DNA of 63,890 nt, the filler included, from Octopus bimaculoides (taxonomy: Eukaryota): the NCBI RefSeq assembly GCF_001194135.2. It is 6 parts of 6 records of this genome, joined end to end, with 100 filler letters (N's around TTAATTAATTAA, not from the genome) between each part and the next. Parts side by side here need not be neighbours in the genome. Positions count along the whole stretch, not along the records: positions 1 to 26,121 come from NC_068981.1; positions 26,222 to 36,351 come from NC_069008.1; positions 36,452 to 41,784 come from NC_069001.1; 3 more parts are not named here. One strand, given 5' to 3'. Every line of letters begins with the position of its first letter. Positions within the stretch are counted from its first letter, which is position 1. The position numbers and the translations under genes are program-made. Below, piece by piece: positions 26,041 to 38,045 of the stretch. The notes under the pieces were generated by a model. It ran no database searches. It was given only the letters and a program-made list of their open reading frames with translations, and had not been told where the DNA came from.

Positions 26041-26121
26041 TCATCATCATCATCATCGTTTAACGTCCGCTTTCCATGCTAGCATGGGTTGGACGATTTG
26101 ACTGAGGACTGGTGAAACCGG

Positions 26122-26221
26122 NNNNNNNNNNNNNNNNNNNNNNNNNNNNNNNNNNNNNNNNNNNNTTAATTAATTAANNNNNNNNNNNNNNNNNNNNNNN
26201 NNNNNNNNNNNNNNNNNNNNN
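26122..26221. other. Artificial concatenation spacer N44-TTAATTAATTAA-N44
   Basis: Exactly 100 bp; the 12-mer at 26166-26177 has stops in all six frames; identical construct occurs five times. Confidence 0.95.
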
Positions 26222-26409
26222 GAGGGTTAGGAACTGGAATTAGGGACCTAAATAAAGAAATAGAGGGGGCTCTATGTAGACGGTGGGTGTGTATAATACT
26301 TTCCAGTGTGTATATAACACTTGTATATATAAACATTGGGAAATCTTAGCACAATCCAAATTGGGGAGGGGAGGTTGACGACGAAGGGGTTGGGGGCTAT
26401 GTTTGGTTA

Positions 26410-26456
<47 letters not shown>

Positions 26457-26913
26457 TGCGTAGTTTACAATGGGTGGCGTACGGGTGGCGGCGGTGGTGG
26501 TGGTTGTAAGGGAGACGGGTGAGGAAGGAGGCGTTGGTGTGTCCGATTTATTTTTCCCCGTTAAATAACAAATCGGCTAATTGTGAAAGTGTGTGTGTGC
26601 GTTTGTGCGTGTGTGAGTGTGTTTGCGTGTGTGTGAGTGTCTGTGTCTTCATGAAATCGGTCCTGTAACGACTACATATCAACAATGTTCGTTCGCCAAT
26701 ACAACCCAAACATATATACACATACATATGTATCTCTATATATGTATCTATAACAAAAGCAGAATATATATATGTATTTATTTTCTCCAAGTAAAAAATA
26801 ACTCGGATAAAATAAATTGGTTAATAGATACCGGGGTAGCAAAGATCACAAAATAACCGTGGTGTAACTCCTGTTTATGAGGTAGAAACTCCTTGATATT
26901 TTGTGTATTTGAG

Positions 26914-27077
26914 TATATATAAATTTAAAGAATGGAGTAAACGCATATTATAACTGCATACTTTTATTCATCGTCGATTCCTATGGATCGCATAAATTGT
27001 AATTCTTCGAAACATATGTCGGAATAAAAGTATGCAGTTATAATATGCGTTTACTCCATTCTTTAAATTTATATATA
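26914..27077. repeat. Perfect 56-bp inverted repeat with 52-nt spacer (foldback MITE-like)
   Basis: 26914-26969 TATATATAAATTTAAAGAATGGAGTAAACGCATATTATAACTGCATACTTTTATTC is the exact reverse complement of 27022-27077. Confidence 0.85.
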
Positions 27078-27319
27078 TATATATATACCACAGTCATGTT
27101 TTGTCCATAATAAAAGTGGCTGAGAGCCACATATTGTGTTTTATAAACGGAGACAGAACTGAACTGGTTTGTTAGGCTGCATAACAGTACATGCGCTGAC
27201 AGCAGGAATGAATGCATGAATCCATGTTTAGATTATATCACACATTTTCTGTGTTTACGTGCGTGTGTGTGTTTGTGTGTGTGTGCGTGTGTGTATTTAT
27301 GTGTATGAATACGTATATG

Positions 27320-27373
<54 letters not shown>

Positions 27374-28364
27374 TATATAGAACCGAGCTAATTGTGAGGA
27401 ATTACCAATGCCGGTCTAATACTTTAGAAGCTCCCTTCTCAATAAAATTGCTGAGGTTAGGAAAGACTCCGCGTCTTCTTGTGGCAGAGTCCGGGGTTGC
27501 AGTTGTTCACCATTCTATATTGTGAATGTAGGACTGAGCCCCAGTTATAGGGGACCTGGGGGTGATGCAGCAATAACAACTACTAGGAAGGACACATNNN
27601 NNNNNNNNNNNNNNNNNNNNNNNNNNNNNNNNNNNNNNNNNNNNNNNNNNNNNNNNNNNNNNNNNNNNNNNNNNNNNNNNNNNNNNNNNNNNNNNNNNNN
27701 NNNNNNNNNNNNNNNNNNNNNNNNNNNNNNNNNNNNNNNNNNNNNNNNNNNNNNNNNNNNNNNNNNNNNNNNNNNNNNNNNNNNNNNNNNNNNNNNNNNN
27801 NNNNNNNNNNNNNNNNNNNNNNNNNNNNNNNNNNNNNNNNNNNNNNNNNNNNNNNNNNNNNNNNNNNNNNNNNNNNNNNNNNNNNNNNNNNNNNNNNNNN
27901 NNNNNNNNNNNNNNNNNNNNNNNNNNNNNNNNNNNNNNNNNNNNNNNNNNNNNNNNNNNNNNNNNNNNNNNNNNNNNNNNNNNNNNNNNNNNNNNNNNNN
28001 NNNNNNNNNNNNNNNNNNNNNNNNNNNNNNNNNNNNNNNNNNNNNNNNNNNNNNNNNNNNNNNNNNNNNNNNNNNNNNNNNNNNNNNNNNNNNNNNNNNN
28101 NNNNNNNNNNNNNNNNNNNNNNNNNNNNNNNNNNNNNNNNNNNNNNNNNNNNNNNNNNNNNNNNNNNNNNNNNNNNNNNNNNNNNNNNNNNNNNNNNNNN
28201 NNNNNNNNNNNNNNNNNNNNNNNNNNNNNNNNNNNNNNNNNNNNGTGTGTGTGTGTGTGTGTGTGCGTGTGCGTGTGTGTGTGTGTGTGTTTGTGTGTTT
28301 GTGGGTGTATTTATATCTAGTTATATAAATATAAATATATATAAATATATATGTATATATGTAT

Positions 28365-28505
28365 CATCATCGTTTAACGTCCGCTTTCCATGCTAGCATG
28401 GGTTGGACGATTTGACTGAGGACTGGTGAAACCGGATGGCAACACCAGGCTCCAGTCTGATTTGGCAGAGTTTCTACAGCTGGATGCCCTTTCTAACGCC
28501 AACCA
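28365..28505 (-). mobile_element. Very short young RTE 3' tail inserted in (TA)n
   Basis: Near-identical to 524-664; TA-rich microsatellite on both sides. Confidence 0.85.
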
Positions 28506-28979
28506 TATATATATGTGCGTGTGTGTGTATATATGTATATATATATATATACATGCACACATACATCAGGTACATCACTACAGCATGCAGCTTTTCATAT
28601 ATACACACTAGAGTGGAACTTATTTTTCAGCTTTCTAAAAGTTTAGCTCCCGCCCACCCCTATCTTGTTCCAATTAACAAAAAAATCAATCTATGCAAAA
28701 TTTTAGCTCAATCGAACAACTGCAAGGCGACCTTCATCGATCAGGATATTCTGAAGTTTTTGTCTTTTGTAACTCCTGGGACAAAGACTTGCTTCACAGG
28801 TCTTGTTTTCAATCTTGTTTCCAAAGGCCCTCCTCACCAGGTTAGCCCGGTGAGAAGGGCCGCTTCTGTTGCCGTCGACCCGACCGTGCAACAGTTTGTG
28901 CTAGATTCTATATTATCAGAAGCACTCTCGGAAGACCCCCACAAGTGACCTGACCTAATATACATATTAGTGAGCTGGC

Positions 28980-29196
28980 AGGTGAGCTGGCAGAAACGTT
29001 AGCACGCCGGGCGAAATGCTTAGCAGTATTTCGCCTGCCGTTACGTTCTGAGTTCAAATTCCGTCAAGGTCGACTTTGCCTTTCATCCTTTCGAAGTACC
29101 AGTTACGCACTGGGGTCGATCTAATCGACTTAATCCCTTTGTCTGTCCTTGTTTGTCTCCTCTAAGTTTAGCCCCTTGTGGGCAATAAAGAAATAT
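28980..29196 (+). mobile_element. tRNA-like-headed SINE family B (best copy)
   Basis: GGTGAGCTGGCAGAAACGTTAGC...GAGTTCAAATTCC...GGCAATAAAGAAAT. Other copies at about 11600-11710, 12955-13095, 21425-21640(-), 24020-24395, 33668-33870(-), 38940-39170(-) and 58215-58420(-). Confidence 0.8.
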
Positions 29197-29259
29197 TAGA
29201 GACATACATATATGCTGATTGATAGAATGCGACAGAATTAGACAAACAGATAAACATAG

Positions 29260-29290
<31 letters not shown>

Positions 29291-30018
29291 TAGAGACAGA
29301 GATTGATAAATAGATAGATAAGTAGATAGATAGATAGACAAGTAAAATTAAGGCCATGTTTTTTTTCATGGGAAAGAGGGATCCGTCATGCATAGTCTAA
29401 GAACACAACCTCCATTGTACTTTATTTATGACGACAGCAAGAGGTGTGATTTAAGGAGGAGATTTGACTGCTATTTCACACATCCATAACAACCGCAGAG
29501 AAATCCTCTTCTCGTTAGCGAGATAACATTTCTCTGTTGTATCTGAAGGGAACATATGTTTAGGCACGCCCTTTTTCAACATTTCAAACAGCCCCTAACA
29601 AACTCGGTTGAGTGAGGGGCCGGGATCTGTGGATAATCTTTACAAACCCTCTGAGGGTGTCCTAGCATCGTTATTTTGTTTTAAAATATCTGAAATCTCT
29701 CCTATTTTGGCCCCTAAATGCAGTGTTAATTGCCATATAAAACAGGTATTAACAGGCAACTGATAAACCCTTAGGGAGCAAAGAAGCTTGTTACTAAAAA
29801 CAGGGACCCTTAAATCTTTCAGCCCTTATTTATGAGAGTAGAATGTATGCGTGTGTGTGTGTGTGTTGTATGGTCTCCCCCCGTCTCTCTCTTCCCTTTC
29901 TTCGCCTTCTCTTTCCCCCTCTCTCTCTCTTTCTCTTTCACACACCCACATACATTCTCTCTTTTTCCATTTCTCTCCCTCTCTTTTCTCTCTCTTACTC
30001 TCTCTTCCTTCATTTCAT

Positions 30019-30065
<47 letters not shown>

Positions 30066-30649
30066 CTCCCTCCTCTCTCAGATCTTCCCCCCACACACAT
30101 ACTTTACCCCCTAATACTAAGCAATACGAAACGAAGTCCCAGCTAGATTTGAACTCAAAACATGAACCTTACACCCAACACCCGAACACAAGGCATTTGC
30201 TCCGATGATCCACCGAGTTCACAAATCTACAACTTTAGGCTAACTTTAATAACAAGGTTAAACCTGTTGTCGTTCCAGTCGTTACCATCCCTGTTGTTTA
30301 ACCCCAGGTCAGTCCTGATCCATTAGACCTACGATCAAATACGTTCTGGCCATGCCCATCCCATCTTTTATTCAGACGTAAGTGTATCTAGGACTACATT
30401 ATCCAATGTGTTGTTGTCGTTTAGCCCCAGCTCAGTGCTGATCCAGCAGACTTATGATCAAAGATGTTCCAGCCATGACCATCCCATCTTTTATTTAGAC
30501 ATAAGTATATCGAGGATTACATCATTTAATATGATCTTCCCGTTGTAAAACAATGTTAGACGTGATTTGATGGAATCTGGCTGTCATTTCTAGCATGTCG
30601 AGCGACCATGTAGAGGCAGGTTTTGCCGTTGGCTTCTAGCTAACATGTT

Positions 30650-30779
30650 CCACTAGAGGGCGGTGTTGTTGTCGTCGCCGCTAGAGGGCGGCGAAGTGTT
30701 GATAGGAGTAAATAGAACAAGATGAAGTTAATTACCTCCCCCCACGCCCCCGCACCTTAAAACAACACAAAATGGCGGC
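30650..30779 (+). promoter_or_regulatory. Motif cluster: two CTCF-like sites, KLF/Sp GC box, YY1 site
   Basis: CCACTAGAGGGCGG (30650-30663), CCGCTAGAGGGCGG (30678-30691), CCCCACGCCCC (about 30740-30751), CAAAATGGCGGC (30768-30779); motif match only. Confidence 0.55.
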
Positions 30780-31739
30780 GCGGGGGTCGGGGTTGGCTTG
30801 AAATGGAACACCTGCAGTAATCAGGGTATCTTAACATAAACGGGTGGGCCGGGTAGATGTTTAGGATGGGGAGTGGAGGTTCTGGTGGCGGCGGTGGAGG
30901 CGTGTGTGGAAGTATATCTGTCATTGACACATTACAGAAGCCACAATCAGAACAACAACAACATAAGTTGTTCGTGGCGTTGATGGTATGTTGACGATGG
31001 TGGCAGCAGTGGTGGTGAAAGATAGAGAGAGGGGGAGGAAGAGAGGGAGAGGGAGAGTGTAAGATTGATAAATAGACAGACAGACAGACAGATGGATGGA
31101 TTTCCGTCTACGATATCCACTCACAAGGCTTTGGTTGGCCCCAGGCTGGATGGAGTAGAAGACACCCAACCGAAGGTGCCAGGCAGTGGGACCGAACCTG
31201 TATTCATATGGTTAGGAGGTGAACTTCTTGCCACACGGCCACGCCTGAGACGTTTGTTGAGGTCTAAAATTATATAGCCCCAGGTCAGTCCTGATTCAAC
31301 AGAACAATGATTAAAGACGTTCCATCTGTGACCATCTCGTCTTTTATTGAGACGTAGTGTATCTAGGACGACAGTTATGTGTTCGTTGGTGTTGAAATGA
31401 TGAGGCGTGATTGGTGGGACAGCAGCTGTTACTTCTAGCATATCAAACGACCATTTCGTGGCAACACTCGCCATTGTCGACAATAGGGGTAAAGAGGGGA
31501 GGGGTTGAAAGAATTGTGGGTAGATGTGTGAGTGGGGAGTAGAGGGGAGGTAGGTATCACGTGACACTATCAATTTGGAATGTTGTGGAAATCCACTTGT
31601 TGCTGTCTGTCAGGAAATGTATCTTCGTTCCTCCCCGTATCTGTCCGTCTGTCTCTGCGTGTGCGCGGATGTAGGTAAAGCACGCACGCACGCACGCACA
31701 CATACACACATCGAACATACACATACACACATACACAAA

Positions 31740-31815
<76 letters not shown>

Positions 31816-32109
31816 TGTGTGAGTATGTATGCATGAATACACACACATGCATACACACAAGCACACAAACATGCACACGTACGCATATACATACATACAG
31901 ATACACACACACACTCATACATACGCACATATACATATATATGTACATTTTTTTCTCATGTTAAGATGTCGGAAGCTGAAGGTAGAAGAGATTGACCGGA
32001 AGTTATGTTATCTTGAAAGAGAGAGACATGATAAGGAGATGATGGTGGTGGTGGTGGTGGTGCTGGTTTCGGTGATAATATTGATGGTGGTAGTGTACTG
32101 ATGAGCGCT

Positions 32110-32123
32110 GCGCCACCTGTTGG
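32110..32123 (-). promoter_or_regulatory. CTCF-like motif, reverse orientation
   Basis: Reverse complement reads CCAACAGGTGGCGC, a close match to the CTCF core. Confidence 0.4.
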
Positions 32124-32269
32124 CACTCATCATGTAGGAAGTCACTGTCTATCTAGGAATGTCCTTCGAGAATGTACCATCCCATCGTATTTGTCGTTTG
32201 TGGTGTTGTTGTACAGCCTCATGTCAGTGCTAACATAGTGTATCTAGGACTACATCATTGTATGTGACT

Positions 32270-32455
32270 AGAAGTGAATTCTTCCAGTTGTGCAATGAAA
32301 GCGCCGAGGGACACTCGGGGCTCTGATAACCAGGTTCGAGAAATATGCCGGAGAAATTGCAACTATCATGAGGGCAAAGCAGGCCGCGAGGGCTGCTCTG
32401 TTGGGGGCAGCTGGGATTTTGAGAGTGGTGCTGGTAGAGAGTGATGCAGGTAGAA
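32270..32455 (+). mobile_element. R4-clade non-LTR retrotransposon, extreme C-terminal fragment
   Basis: ILPVV*..GTLGALITRFEKYAGEIATIMRAKQAARAALLGAAGILRVVL resembles the R4/Dong end PVVxGALG..QKxALLGTARILRxVL. Confidence 0.65.
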
Positions 32456-32489
32456 CTGTGCTATAAGACCTTCACGAGAGCAATGAACA

Positions 32490-33670
32490 GGTCCTTAACT
32501 AGCACAGAGGACTGGATGCTGTGGCTTGTGTACAAACACGAAAGCCACAAAAAAAAAAAAATCTCATTTTATTGTCGAGGAAGATTGCAAATTCGCAAGG
32601 GAACTTGGCATTAACCCTGAAATAGTTGAAGAACCCGAAACCACTGCTACAAAACACGCAAAATGGGTCAAGCAGACTGCAAAACGGAACGGACAGAAAC
32701 AAACGGAGGAGCGATAGAGCCAGAAGCCTCTGCATGCACAGTATATACTACGAAGTCGAAATGCTGATGTAGATCAAACAACAACCTATCAGTGGCTGAG
32801 AAGTTCAAGACTGAAAGCAGAGACTGAAGGCGCCACAAGTCCAAAGCTTGTTCACAAAAACTACCAGGCTAACGTTCTTCAAAACGGTTTTGATCCTAAA
32901 TGCAGATTCTGCGGCACATTTGACGAAACAATAAACCAACTATTTCCGGATGTCCAACGAATACAAAACTCGTCACGATAGCGTAGGACAGTATTTACAT
33001 TGGAAAATATGTAAACACTACAAAATCGGCACTCCTGCTTACTGGTATGAACATTATCCTGAGCCAGTCGCTGAAGGTCACTATAATCTGAGATTTTCCA
33101 GTAAACACTGATAAAACGATCCAGGCTAATCGACCAGACATAATTATTAAAGCCAGGCAAGAAAATACTTGTAGACTAACAGATATAAATGTTCCCACTG
33201 ATAAAAGTGTATCTGTAAAGGAATTTGACAAACTTAGTGAATTTAAGGACCTGGAAATAAAATACAAAAAAATGTGGCATCTTAAAGCAAAAACTGTTTC
33301 TGTTATTGTAGATGCTCTAGGTATATTAAAAAGAAAGGGGGCGCTGTCAGAAACATGTAGACAACATCCCGGGAGAGCCATGTCTCAGAGAAATCCAAAA
33401 GATTGTGCTGACAAGTATGGCCCACATCCTTAGAAAAACCCTATCAATTTAAATAGTGTTTTATTACATGAAGATATTTCGCTACTGCCCCTGCCACTTC
33501 CCCTCCCCAAGCTTTCAGTCATACTGTAAGCACTTCTTATCCTTCACTCGCCCCAGGACGCTGGTTGTGTCTCGGCAAGTGATTGTAACAGACATGCAGA
33601 TTAAAAATAAATAATAATAATAATAATAATAATAATAATTAATTCGTTTTAACATAATAATAATAATAAT
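32490..33670 (+). mobile_element. R4/Dong-like LINE 3' part: zinc knuckle, restriction-like endonuclease, 3' UTR, (TAA)n
   Basis: QWLRSSRLKAETEG, KCRFCGTFDETI, RHDSVGQYLHWKIC, ANRPDIII..DINVP..KEFDKLSEFKDLEI, IVDALG, EIQKIVLTS.AHILRK; stop at 33450-33452; frameshifted; (TAA)n at about 33605-33670. Confidence 0.85.
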
Positions 33671-33949
33671 CCTTTCTACTGAAGGCACAAGGCCTGAAAT
33701 TTGGCGAGAGGGGACTAGTCGATTAGAGTGACCCCAATGTTTTACTGGTACCTAATTTACCGACCCCGAAAGGATGAAAGGCAAAGTCGACCTCGGCGGC
33801 ATTTGAACTCAGAACGTAAAGAGCGGGAAGACATTCTGAAAGGAATTTCCTTCTGACGTGCTAACAATGCTGTCAGTTAAGTTACAATGCCAGAAATTTG
33901 TTGGCTGGGTTAGCTGAACAAATCGACTCTATTACTCGATTCTAATATT

Positions 33950-34165
33950 AATAACTTTACACACAGAGATCAATGTAAAAAGCCAGATATTGTTATCAAG
34001 AACCACCAGGAAAGCACGTGGCCTCCCAATCGAAGCATCAGTTTTAAAAGATGAAAATGTGTCTCGCATATAAACAGAATAATTAACGAGATTAGAAAAA
34101 AAAAACGATCTGGAAATAGAGATAACCAGAATGTGGGTGCCTGAAGATGGAAAAATCCCTGTAAC
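33950..34165 (+). mobile_element. R4-like RLE domain fragment
   Basis: KPDIVIKNHQE ... DENVS ... DLEIEITRMW; stops and frameshifts. Confidence 0.65.
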
Positions 34166-34186
34166 TAGGTGCATTCTCATATATAT

Positions 34187-34375
34187 TTATATGATAAACT
34201 TCTGGAAAGTTTCACAGATTTTTGCTGTTCCAGTGATGGATTGAATCTGTAGTCTTCGAATTAGCTTTCTCCTTTCCGATTTTGAGAAGCCTAATTTCTC
34301 AAGACTGGTATTTAGGCATGGAGAGATGGATGTTTGTGAACTTGTTTGTGGGAAGCGCCCCAGTAGAATCAAAGA
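34187..34375 (-). mobile_element. C-terminal fragment of another RLE-type LINE
   Basis: LNTSLEKLGFSKSERRKLIRRLQIQSITGTAKICETFQKF resembles the RLE LINE C-terminal helix; abuts (TA)n. Confidence 0.5.
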
Positions 34376-34521
34376 CTACATTCGTATATATATGCACATG
34401 TGCATACATATAGCCATCGGTCAATAGATCGATCCATCCACCCATACAGCCGTCTATACATACATACATACATACATACATACATACATACATACATACA
34501 GACGTGATGACGATAATTGAC

Positions 34522-34698
34522 GAGAAGAAGAAGAAGAAGAAGAAGAAGAAGAAGAAGAAAAGGAGGAAGAAGAAGAATGGAGAAGAAGTAGAAGAAAAAG
34601 AAGACAAAAGAAGAAGAAGAAAAAAGAAGAAAAAGTAAGGAGAAGAAGAAGAAGAAGAAGAAGAAGAAGAAGAAGAAGAAGAAGAAGAAGAAGAAGAA

Positions 34699-34732
<34 letters not shown>

Positions 34733-34764
34733 AAAGTAAGGAGAAGAAGAAGAAGAAGAAGAAG

Positions 34765-34795
<31 letters not shown>

Positions 34796-34924
34796 AAAAA
34801 AGAAGAAGAAGNNNNNNNNNNNNNNNNNNNNNNNNNNNNNNNNNNNNNNNNNNNNNNNNNNNNNNAAAGAAGAAAAAGTAAGGAGAAGAAGAAGAAGAAG
34901 AAGAAGAAGAAGAAGAAGAAGAAG
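34522..34924 (+). repeat. Long interrupted (GAA)n homopurine tract
   Basis: About 400 bp including an N gap; recurring AAAAGTAAG interruptions; preceded by (CATA)n. Confidence 0.95.
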
Positions 34925-35393
34925 GTGATGGCAGCGATTGGGCCATGTAAAGTACGGAAGGCCTCAAATAATAAACAACGAGGAATTTTCCGTCGCAAAT
35001 AGATTTTTCCCAAAATACTTGAGTTGTTTTCGGAAACCACCTTCTGGAGTGTTCAACAACAACAACAACAACAACAACAACATAACAGCGGCAGCTGGAG
35101 ATGGTCGCCCGTCCAGGTAGAAATGGCAGTCAAATCCCACTGATATAAAAAGAAGGCTATGAATTAGATGATTAGACATTGATATAGAATGAGATAGGAT
35201 GGTCGTGGCTGGAATTCTTTGAATCCTTGGTCCACAGGATAAGTGATGGCCTGGGGTTAAATAAAAGCATGAATTAAATCAACAACTAGAGAAGGAGTGA
35301 CGACCTAATTCTGAACATGTGTGTAAGTGTGTTGGGGGGGAGGGCGTTAATGTGCGTGTATATGTAGAGGTATATGTGTGTGCGTATATGCAC

Positions 35394-35438
<45 letters not shown>

Positions 35439-36119
35439 GTGCTTGCTTGTTTATATGTTTAGTTATAATAAAAACAATGTTACATTAATCTGATGGGTTA
35501 TTGTGTACTTTCGTAGAGTACAATATTATTGAGGATAGTGACTTCGAAGTTTCTTTCGACGATAGACTAATTTGGCAAAACTTGGAAGTTACTGTCAATA
35601 TTCTGTTTAAGAATTGTTGTGGTGGGGGGGGGGCGTGTGCGTGCGTGTGTGTGTGTGTGTCTGTAGTGTTTGATTTCTTGGTATGAACTTTTGTATTGAA
35701 ACATCGATAAAACATCTTGAGTCGATAATCATGAATACTTTAAAATAAAAGTATTTACAAATTATAAATTGTTTTTAATATTCACGTCTGACGAACGATT
35801 ACGTGAGGCTCTGGGCCATGAACTCTTCTCGGCTACAATAAAATAATATTTTACTCTGCTTTTAGCATTTGGTCGCTATTTTTTCCACTTGTTTTGCACC
35901 TATGTGCTCACATGTATATTTATATACATACATATATACACCATACACATACACACACACTCCACATGCACACATATATATAAACGAGAAATAGAGAGAA
36001 AGAGAGAGATAGGAGGAGGGAGAGAGAGTTCTAACATGCATCTCAGGGATGCTCAGAGACGTATGGGGATGTCTTGGAACTTTCGGCTCCATCGTACATA
36101 CATACATACAAATATACAT

Positions 36120-36194
<75 letters not shown>

Positions 36195-36351
36195 TGTGCA
36201 CGTAGATGAGAAGATTCATTCATGCCGTGAGGCACGTATCAATGATGTGTACATAATTTATACATTCCAAATTATATAAACTATGTTTTATGTATAGAAG
36301 CCTTGTGTTTTATTAACACATTAAACATGACGATAAACACACGAAAAAACC

Positions 36352-36451
36352 NNNNNNNNNNNNNNNNNNNNNNNNNNNNNNNNNNNNNNNNNNNNTTAAT
36401 TAATTAANNNNNNNNNNNNNNNNNNNNNNNNNNNNNNNNNNNNNNNNNNNN
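36352..36451. other. Artificial concatenation spacer
   Basis: N44-TTAATTAATTAA(36396-36407)-N44. Confidence 0.95.
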
Positions 36452-36486
<35 letters not shown>

Positions 36487-36964
36487 ATATACACATCTAT
36501 AGAAGTGCATATGCATCGACACACGTGTATGCAGATATGTGTGTGTGTTCAGATTGTACTTGCACAGGGGCCACCCAGACTCCCGTCTCACCGTGAACAG
36601 GAATTAATCTTCTCTCTTCGCTCTTTCGCGCCACATGGGCTCAACTCTCCTCCCCTCTTCATCTAACTCGTCAGAACGAATAGATGGACTACTGCGGCTA
36701 AGCATTTTACCTGGAGTGCTAAGGATTCCACCAGCTCGCCGCCTTAGTCCGAATTCACATAGGCTAATGCACGCCCAAGGAATTAGAAATCCTTTTCAAA
36801 TACAACGAGGATATGGTCGTGCAAATTCGCATTGATGCTCTGTTATTTTGAATATAAAAGCGAATTTCATTAAAATCGTATCTACTATATAATGTGCAGA
36901 ATATAAATGAAATTGCCCTGACCCCTCCCCCAGGCAAACACTTACAAAATAATTATACATATTA

Positions 36965-37310
36965 GGCATAACAGTGTGGTAAGAAGGAAAGAAGATTGCT
37001 TCCGAACAAGAGAGTCACCAGTTCACCCACGTGAGTGGATTTCGTAGATGGAAACTGAAAGAAGCTCGTCGTATATATATATATGTATATGTGTGTGCAT
37101 GTGTTTGTGTGTGAATTTTGTCTGTGTTTGTCCCCACTACCGCTTAACAACCGGTATTGGTGTGTTTACATCTCTGTATAACTGACGATAGAATAAGTAC
37201 CAGGCTTAACAAAATACAAGTAATGGGGTCGATTTGTTCGACTAAAACTTTCTCAAATCGGTGCTCCACAGCCTAATGTCTGAAAAAGGTAAGATAGAAG
37301 ACTAAAACAC
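36965..37310 (+). mobile_element. SINE family A, older copy
   Basis: Homologous to 13107-13504 with deletions. Confidence 0.7.
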
Positions 37311-37845
37311 TAGATATGTATATCACAATTAAACTACGTATACTGTTGAAAGCCTTCTATAATACGGTATTAATTTCGAGCAAGCATTTCTTAAAGGCGT
37401 ATATTTTCAATACAGAAAAATATCAGCTGCAGGCAAACGTAGTCGAACAGCAGGCAAATGTAGACCAGCAACAATAGTGATGTTGTTAGATCCTGATCTC
37501 TGCTTACTAACTTCATCAGTATCTACTTCAGCTTATCGCATGCAAACATCAGCTGTTAGGTGATATAATCAGTGACTGAGTGGTCGAACGACGCGGTATT
37601 TCGTCGATATACTTAAAGAGTCTGTATTGGTTCACAATTACCGATATGCATACGTGAAGTATGTGAGCTGTTGAATCCTTTGAATACTGCGGTATTCGTC
37701 TCGAGATTTCACCGTCTGAATGCACCATTCTGTCAGTTCTTTGATCCCACGCTATTTCTATATGTTGTCCTTCGTGGCGAAAAACTCCTTCATTGAAGCT
37801 TCCACCTCCCTTTTGTTGATGGAGTGTGATGAGCACAGGATGTAA

Positions 37846-38045
37846 GCCATGGATTATTACTTGTGCGAGTCCATGTCTCATTTCTTGCGCTCGTGGCGCT
37901 CCATCAAGCAAGAGAAAGTGGAAACTTCAGTGAACGATTTCTTTGTCTCGAAGGAAAAGAACTGGCATCAGCGTTGGATGAAGAACTAGCGGATAGATAT
38001 GTTCAAACGGAGCAACACGTTGGCCTCTGCGTTGAAGGATTTTTT
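37846..38045 (+). mobile_element. Mariner transposase C-terminal remnant
   Basis: DYYLCESMSHFLRSWRSIKQEKVETSVNDFFVSKEKNWHQR, frameshift, then ELADRYVQTEQHVGLCVE. Matches the mariner end SDYHLFRSMxHFL...FFxSKxxxWYxxGIxxLxxRWxxxxxxxGxYFE. Confidence 0.75.

Noticed and set aside
34299-35040. Poly-F/S/L ORFs
   Set aside because: Translations of the (TTC)n strand of the GAA repeat.
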